A stretch of DNA of 64,000 nt, taken from NCBI GenBank assembly GCA_964016885.1, contig OZ024742.1:49972001-50036000 (forward strand). Reading direction: 5' to 3'. Shown here one piece after another: positions 56,118 through 64,000 of this stretch (within the stretch, counting starts at the first letter, position 1; the number at the start of each line of letters is the position of its first letter). The translations under genes and the position numbers were made by a program. A model generated the notes under the pieces. It made no database searches, was not told the DNA's origin, and saw only the letters and a list, made by a program, of their open reading frames with translations. The DNA comes from Eledone cirrhosa. Lineage: Eukaryota.

Positions 56118-56477
56118 TCTATATCTATATCTACATATAATATAAAAGGTTGGAACTTCCATCATCCCTTTGAGAAACGTGGAACAACCACGTCTATGGA
56201 ATGATACACGTTTTACAGTCAGGCAGAAGATGAAGCATCTCCTAGAGGTCACTATTCTAGGTGGGAGCACCCAGAATTGTTCATATACTATGCACAAACG
56301 GTACAACGAAGAATCTGGTATATCTGGAATATTTTTGTAACTGTTTTTTTGTATCACACAGACACCACGGACTCGCCTCATACGGTAACCAGACAAATAT
56401 CCAATGCAGTTATTTTCTCTTTTACCTGTCTTCTCTTATCATCTGTTTACTCGTGCAAAGCTGGGTACGTCAGCTAG
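56118..56477 (+). mobile_element. Non-autonomous Helitron-like element
   Basis: 5' A|TCTATATCTATATC..TATAAAA; 3' ACTCGTGCAAAGCTGGGT hairpin then CAG-CTAG|T. Confidence 0.7.
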
Positions 56478-58063
56478 TAATATGTAAATAAAGAAATAAA
56501 AGCATTAAACTGTTATATAATTTATTAAAATGTTATATAATTACGAAACACCAGTGCAGTATACAAAATCAAATATTATATTAGAGAAAATTGTATGACT
56601 AAAGGCTGCGAATATATAACAAAAATAATACAAATCAATTGGATTTCTATATTATCTCCCTTTCTGTGTTAGAAATAATTTCTTTCACATTCTACATTCA
56701 TCGATGCTAGAGTGCTAACTATGAACATTGAAGTAACAAGTATAGTTAGGAATAAAATAATACCTCTAAAATGGAGCTTAAATCAGATTAGATTGGTACA
56801 ACCTTCATCCCAAATATTACCCTGTTACTATTTAAACAAAAGGTCCCAATATTTGATAGCTAAGGCGAGATCCTCATTGAATTACTGCTCCCAAATCTCG
56901 ATTGATTCTGGTGCTGCACAACGAGAATCATAGACATCATTCAAAGAAACGTATCTGCATTGATTGACATAGAAAGTAGTTGCCTATAGATACGGCAATC
57001 ACATACACTCGAATAGGATATTCGAGTAGGATATTCGAAGGCTGTGAGTATTACCTCTTCCTTTAGGAAGGTCCCAAAATGGACAAATATTCTAAGAGAT
57101 GATTCCATTTTACAAATGTTATGTATATTAAACTAAACCAAACTTGATATAGATACAAATCTTATCATAACAGATGACTAAACATTTTCGAAACGCAGAG
57201 GCAAATAAATACACACAGACAAACACACATACACACACACGCATAAACATACACGCACGCACACACATAGACGCACACAAACAATCAAAACATTTGGAAA
57301 ATAATTCACCCAATCAATAACTTAAAAGATCCATCACTGATTGCATTAACCACTTTGTAGGTGATCGAAGCGCAGAAGTTAGTAGAATAAACTTCTCTCA
57401 AATAATATTCTATTCTTTATAAATGTTTAACTTGGTATTATTTGAGCCTAGCACAAACATGAACGTATGTATATCTTAACATACCACCATTTAGTAAGCA
57501 GTCAATTAAAGTACTGTCAATTTAATCAGCCCCATACATGCCTTGGTATTTATTTTTATCGATATCCGCGTCAAGAATGATGAAACAAAAATCAACTGGA
57601 ATCAACCGTAGTATATAGAGAGACTTAACTAGAAACACAACACTACATTTATATCATTAAAATGATAATAACAACAGGAATATTAGGAACATTGTCATCC
57701 ACAACGTAATAGTTTTGAATGTTGTTTTATAACTGATTCTGGAGTCATGAAAGACAAAGTGGACCCCGTAACGTAAAGAGACCAAATGCCAAAAGATATT
57801 TAATTCGATGCTCTCCAGATTGCTGCAGTTCACAACCCCAAATAACAAAACAAAAATTCAAAAATATGAAAATCAACAGAATCCATGATGTTAATTTTTG
57901 TTTGGAATAAAACATATTGCTGAGATAAGGGTTAGGTATTTCATGTGTGTATGTCGGCCGTTGGTAAAACTCAGGTTTTTCGTTTAGAAAATATTTGAAA
58001 CCATAACATAGGAAGGGGTAGGGGAGAATGAGAGAAAGAAAGTGAGAGAAAAGAGTGAGGTAG

Positions 58064-58101
<38 letters not shown>

Positions 58102-58490
58102 ATGTGTATGAGAGGTTAGATGTGTAATGTTGCTTAATAGGTTATAAGGCTGAAAGAAAGACATCTGGGTAACCAGCAAAATTATTATAAAAGAGACTAA
58201 GAATGTGTAAGGAGATGTACAATCACAACAACCTCTCCGGATGTGTCTAACTAAATAAACAACCCTTCTGTAAAGGTCAAGAAAAGCTGATGTTTGCCAA
58301 GCAAATCTTATTAGCCATAAAATGCCCTACAACTACCATCAACAATGACATTAAAAACAACACCTTCAACCTCACTGTTACCAACACCATCTATAACACG
58401 ACCATTAGCAACATAATCTCCAACATCACCATTAGCAACGCACACACGCACATGTACACACACATATATATGTATACATATGTATTTTTG

Positions 58491-58522
<32 letters not shown>

Positions 58523-59203
58523 ATGTATGCATGCATATTAACGCACCCACGTACATATGTATATAAGGAGATGCTTTTCATTTTGGCTTGAGTTTTGTTT
58601 TACTATATTTGCATTGTTTAAATGACGTTTTTAGACATACAAATTCTCATCATTCCGAATTCTCTTTTACACTTAGGTATTCCAGCCGACTGGCTGAGGC
58701 CATGCTGGGGCACACATTTTAAACATCTTTTATTGTAGGCTTATAAATTTCATGAAATACTACAAACCTCTTTCTTTTCATGGGAGCGATACACCCCCCT
58801 CCCCCACACACATACAGACAAACGCACACACACAGACACAAATACACACACACAGACACACACGCACGCATATATAAATAAATATATATATATCACCATA
58901 TAATACCAGGAGTAGGATACTAACCAGTCAAATAGCATGCACAAGTCATAAACACCTGTGATATAACGTACAGTATTTCCAATGAAGCTTGCACATTAAA
59001 ATTTCGGTAAGGAGGTTATATTATGGTGCCAATATAAAGTCAGAAATTTAAATTATTTCATGAAATACATCTGCCTATAATAAACATCCGGGTGTCTGTG
59101 TGTGTTTATGTTCATTTATCTATTTGTTTATTTATTTATTTATTTATTTACATGTTACTGGTTGGTTGTTTGTTCTATGTGTGTGTGTGTTTTCACTTTG
59201 TCC

Positions 59204-59521
59204 TTAATTGTAAGTTGTGATGTTGCTGTTCCACTCATATATTCTATTTAATTTTGGTTGTAATTCTTTTATGTTTATTGCCTCTGTAATTTGTCTAAAC
59301 ATTGCGTCTTTTCTGTGTGTAGATTCTATTTTTATTTCTATGTTCTCTAATTTACCCTTGTGTTCTATCTTAGCATGTTGATAGAGTACATATGATTCTT
59401 TATTATCTTGAAGGTCTCGCCAGTGTTCATTTATCCGTTCCCCTATACTACGAGCTGTCTCACCTATGTACACTATATTTTTGTCTCTACATTGTCCTTC
59501 AGTACATCTTATGCTATACAC
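59204..59521 (-). pseudogene. GIY-YIG endonuclease fragment from a different PLE clade
   Basis: VYSIRC..C..VYIGETARSIGERINEH..LYQH..EH..RQITEAINI..LNRIYEW. Confidence 0.85.
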
Positions 59522-59673
59522 TACATTTCTAGTTTTACAGTTAATATGGGGGCTTATTTTACAGGTTATACATTTCTTATCTATACATGAGGGTCTACAT
59601 TAACATCAATAGATAGTTATAGATGGTTAGATGGATCGATAGAGATATAAATAGACAGATATACACAAGCACG

Positions 59674-59731
<58 letters not shown>

Positions 59732-59829
59732 CTCACACACACAAATGCACCCACCCACAGACACACACACACATATCTATATCTATCTATATATCTATCG
59801 TTGATAGTAGACGTGTGTTACTTCAGCTG

Positions 59830-62545
59830 CAGCCTTTTTGGATTTGCTTTACGTTTTCGACTGTGATTTTGTGTTTCATTTGTTTTATTTGTGTGAGCTA
59901 ACCTGCCGCCTGGACTTGCAGACGGGTGGTTATTTTATTTTTACCCTTTTTGGGGGTAAAAACTACTTTGAAAAATGTGTATACCAACTTACAATAATGG
60001 ATACCATACATGAAAACACCACAGCCACGCCCCCGAGGGAAAGTGATAAAGAGGAACAAGTAACTCAACCTACTGAAGCTTCCCGTCTCACGCTTTCGCA
60101 TGCGAGTATGGAAGGCGATTTGGCGAACAATTGTAAAAACTTGGGTAATAACCCAAACAATGGAAACAGTAAATTGAAAGAATGTATAAATTACACTGAC
60201 ACCTACAACACCAACACAAATAACAAAGAAAATAACACAAACACACAAACACGAAAACAGCAGCAACAATGACAAAGAAAACAACATAAATGTGAACTCG
60301 AAACCCGAGAGAATGGGTGAAAACACCCCAAAACTGTACCGCAAACAACATCAATCAAAACGCAAACACCCAAGAAAATAAGCACAACAGCAACGAAACT
60401 CAAAAAAAGACCCACTACACGAATATCGTTTGTCCAAGTCGTTAAGGACACCGAAACTTCCACCCCAGTTGACTTCAGTAATGCAGCGGAATTGCTAAAA
60501 GAGGGGGGGGGGAAATAGGTGAGGTTTGGTGAAAACGGTGAATTCACCATAATCTCCCCTAAGGATATTAAAAGAGACACAAAAATTACACAGACACAGC
60601 TATACACATACTTCAACACAAACAATATAAAACTTGTAAACAAAATTGAACAAAACCCTTCTGTGCAAACCGAAGGGCCAAATTTCACGAGGGACACAGA
60701 GAAAAATTATTAAAACTCCGATAGACATTGTCTTTTAGTTCTATATAAATGTCTATCGGAGTTTTCATAATTTTTCTCTGTGTCCCATTCAAACATCCTA
60801 CTCTCAATACAGCCATGTTGGCGGCGAAAGGGAAGAAAAAGAAAAGGCACCTATCTCTTTACGTCCCGGGGACCGGGCTGCACAACTTCCATAGGGGTGA
60901 AGGAGGGGTTGTTGGGTGGGAGGGACATCAGAGTGTGGTGGGGTTTGGGTGTTTGGTGTGGTGTGGGTGTCTGCGGTAGGGGTGGGGAAATGTTTCAAGA
61001 GGACCCGGTTCATTGGTTTTACACAGGGGGGGGGGGACCCAAGTCCTCAGGAAAATTGTCTTTTAGTTCTATATAAATTTTCCTGAGGACTTGGGCCCCC
61101 CTCCTGTGTAAAACCAATGAACCGCGTCCTCTTGAAACATTTCCCCACCCCTACCGCAGACAACCACACCCCACCAAACACCCCAACCCCACCACACTCT
61201 GATGTCCCCCCCACCCAACAACCCCTCCTTCACCCCTATGGAAGTTGTTCAGCCCTGTCCCCGGGACGTAAGGTGATAGGTGCCTTTTCTTTTTCTTCCC
61301 CTTCGCCGCCAACATGGCTGTATTGAGAGTAAGATGTTTGAATGCGCGTGGCCTGAGCTCACCTTGGAAGCAGGCAAAACTTCTAAATGACCCCAGGTAG
61401 CGCAGTATAAATGACATGGCTATTTGCGAGTCCAAGGTCAGCACGAACGCCAGCTAGTCCCCACCTTTAACGACTTTGAGATCTATGCATCTCTCTGTCA
61501 GCCAGGAGGTGGGGGTGGGGTTGTCGTTCTGCTTCAAAAAACACCTGGGCCTCGCAACGGAGACGGTGCACTTGGACCCGGTGGGTCGGCTGGTGGTACT
61601 AGACGTTGGCAGTGGTGAAGGTGGAGACTTTATGCTGGTCGCCTTTTGGGGCAGTGAGGCCGGACTTCATCTATCGTCTGGAGACTTTTAGTGGCGGACT
61701 GGAATGGTATCCTAGATGCACGTTGGGACTATATAGGAGCATGTCTTGACAGAGACGGGTGTAACAGCCTCAAACGGTTAATCGGCCGATTTGACCTGGC
61801 CGATAGATATCGACAAAATTTTCCGACTGCGCCAACCTGGACTTGGATTAACCGTAGCGGATCATCTAGGTCGTACCTAGATAGGGTCCTAGTTAGAAAT
61901 AAATATAGGGACCTACTAAGTTGTCCAGAGATGCGCATGGTTGGCTATTCAGATCACAAATTATTGACCTGCTTAGTCAACCTTGATAGAAAGCATAGAC
62001 AGGGACCCGGTTACAGGAAGCTGAACTTGTCCTTACCGGCAAGTAAAGCTTACAGGGATCGGATTAGTGCTTTAGTTAAGAGACGGTTGACGGGGGCTAT
62101 CGTCAACAGCAGGTGGTGGGGATCTCTCAAGAGAGAGATTAGAGTAGTCTCGATAGGTTTTAGTAAGGAATTAGCCTCAGATAGGAATAGGAAGGAAAGG
62201 GAGTTGGTAGATAGAGTAGAAGAAGCGATTAGAAGCGGCAACGTAGCCAGAGTGCTAGTGTCAAGAACGGCCTTAAACCAGTTTTTCGACGCGAAAGACC
62301 GATTTCAGCTGCTGAAATAGGGGACGTGCTGAGCCAATGTGGCACACGAAAATCCCCGGGTCTCGATGGTCTTCAATACGAACTTTATGTAGCGATGCCG
62401 GACTTTTTCTCCGATCTCCTCGAGGCGGTTTACTGCAACTGGCAACAGAACGGGAGAATTTCTTGTTCTATGACCAAGGGCGTAGTCTCGCTAGTGAGGA
62501 AGGACGAGGACAAGGGGGATGAAATAAGTAATAACCAGGATCCCA
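59830..62545 (+). mobile_element. Tx1/L1-like LINE, rearranged (ORF1 remnants, APE endonuclease, RT start)
   Basis: ORF2 start 61314 MAVLRVRCLNARGL; DWNG, TWTW, SYLDRV, SDH, GPGYRKLN, KSPGLDGL. Confidence 0.85.
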
Positions 62546-64000
62546 GCAGAGGTCAACATATGGTGGATCCTACGCTGCATCCTGAAGAAGGATGAGGACA
62601 CCCTCCTATCTGTAGACAGGAAAGACCGGCATAACTGGTTTGGAACCTGCATCGATGTTCTGGTACAAATGAGACCAGAGAGAGTTGAGAAAATACCGGA
62701 CAGGATCGTCTTTGAGGTAGATGTCATCTCCACTTTAGTGGAGGGGAAAAGACCTCAGTGCCATAAGTGTGGGAAAACCATACACTTAAAGGCCTTTTGC
62801 CCTCTCTTAAACAAACCGAGGACAAACAAGGTGTTATTACCAACACCAAAACCCCAACATCAACACTCCAAACCAAACACAACACAAACACCTGCAACAT
62901 CCACTCACACACCACCACAGAACAGAGACAACCACACACACAAAATCCCACTGAAAAACCCTCCATTGCCTCTTACCACCCTGTCAAATACTTCCACAAA
63001 CACCTGCACAAACACTCTACCACACAACATACCGCTTCCATCTACCCCTGATTCAGAAGTCACAGACACCGGAGCCTCTACATCTAAAAGTGAGAATGAA
63101 GAGGAACCCCAAAATCCAAAAAACAAAAAAAGACACACAAAAGACACAAAAACATCTACAGAAAACACGCACACACCCAACCACACCATAAACACACCGC
63201 GACAAACGACAAACACACCAACAACACAATCACCAGCAACACAACCAAACACTTCACCAACAAAACAAACACCCACACCACCACAATCACAAACCCCAAC
63301 CACAAAAAGAAAACTACAAACAGAAACATTACACATAAAAAACAAAACACAATACACATACATAAAAACAAAGAACTGGTGGAAACTGTCCAAAGCGACC
63401 CCTCAATACAAACGGAAGGGAAAACCTTCCCCACCAACGACCCACCTCCAAACCTCAAACTTATCAGGGTAACAACCCTACAGTATGAAACTTTAAAAGA
63501 GAACTTCCCACATGATGTGGGCCACCCTTGCCAAAAGCCCCTTAACCGTGTCCTGCTAAAAGAATTACGTCTCTCCCCAAACTCTACCAATCTGGACATG
63601 GAGATCGAACAACCCGACCTCCAAGAAACGAAAAGGTAAGTTTTCATGCCTTTTCTCTCCTTCTTCACCAACATGTCCTGGAAACAGGGCTAGCTTTTAA
63701 ATGATCTCAGGTCAAATTGTATAGATGTGATAGCCATCACTGAGTCCAGGATTCACGAAAAGCAGCAGCTAACCCCCATATTCGATGATTTCGAGTTCTA
63801 CGCATCTCTCTCTCAGCCAGGAGGTGGAGGGGGAGTTGCTGTTCTGTTTCGAAAAAAACTTGGATCTCAAAATACAGACGATTCACTTGTACTCGGAGGG
63901 CAGCCTGGTGGTCCTGGACGTGAATGTTAGTGAAGGTGGAGCTTTCAGACTGGTGGGCGTATATGCCCCGACTGGGACATCGCGACCAGGGTTCTTCAAG
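62545..64000 (+). mobile_element. Second Tx1/L1-like LINE: ORF1 with zinc knuckle and start of endonuclease
   Basis: CHKCGKTIHLKAFC knuckle, T/P-rich region, NFPHDVG..NRVLLK (homologous to 61079-61140), IAITESR..GGGVAVLF; continues past the window. Confidence 0.85.

Noticed and set aside
60727-60750. Library adapter at the hairpin apices
   Set aside because: Its reverse complement restores the LINE reading frame and the arms have diverged.

Overview
AT-rich, microsatellite-dense eukaryotic intergenic or intronic DNA with one 200-N gap. The Nin-domain tRNA SINE and the (TA)n/(CA)n load suggest an invertebrate, probably a cephalopod; that is an inference. I cannot support any host protein gene, and almost all ORF-track entries are microsatellite translations. 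The window is dominated by Penelope-like elements (PLEs) inserted in (TA)n. Three carry RT plus a C-terminal GIY-YIG endonuclease: 22.6-27.4 kb (full length, decayed), 30.2-32.0 kb (old), and 33.3-37.7 kb (young, 499 open codons, 1.2-kb inverted arms). About ten short non-coding fold-back relics, more than a dozen type I hammerhead ribozyme (HHR) motifs and a ~345-bp HHR tandem family (retrozyme-like) accompany them. RTE and Tx1/L1 LINE fragments, Helitron pieces and SINEs are also present. Main observation: unrelated PLE families share an asymmetric two-arm insertion. One arm stops 0-6 nt before a covarying bulged hairpin (4-bp NYTC/GARN stem, inner stem, 1-2-nt 3' bulge) that lies about 25-60 nt past the HHR cleavage site. 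The hairpin-bearing tail appears only on the opposite, inverted arm. A tRNA-headed element without an HHR (13.65-14.06 kb) follows the same rule and carries the same hairpin, so it is a candidate SINE mobilised by PLE machinery. All alignments and folds were done by eye.
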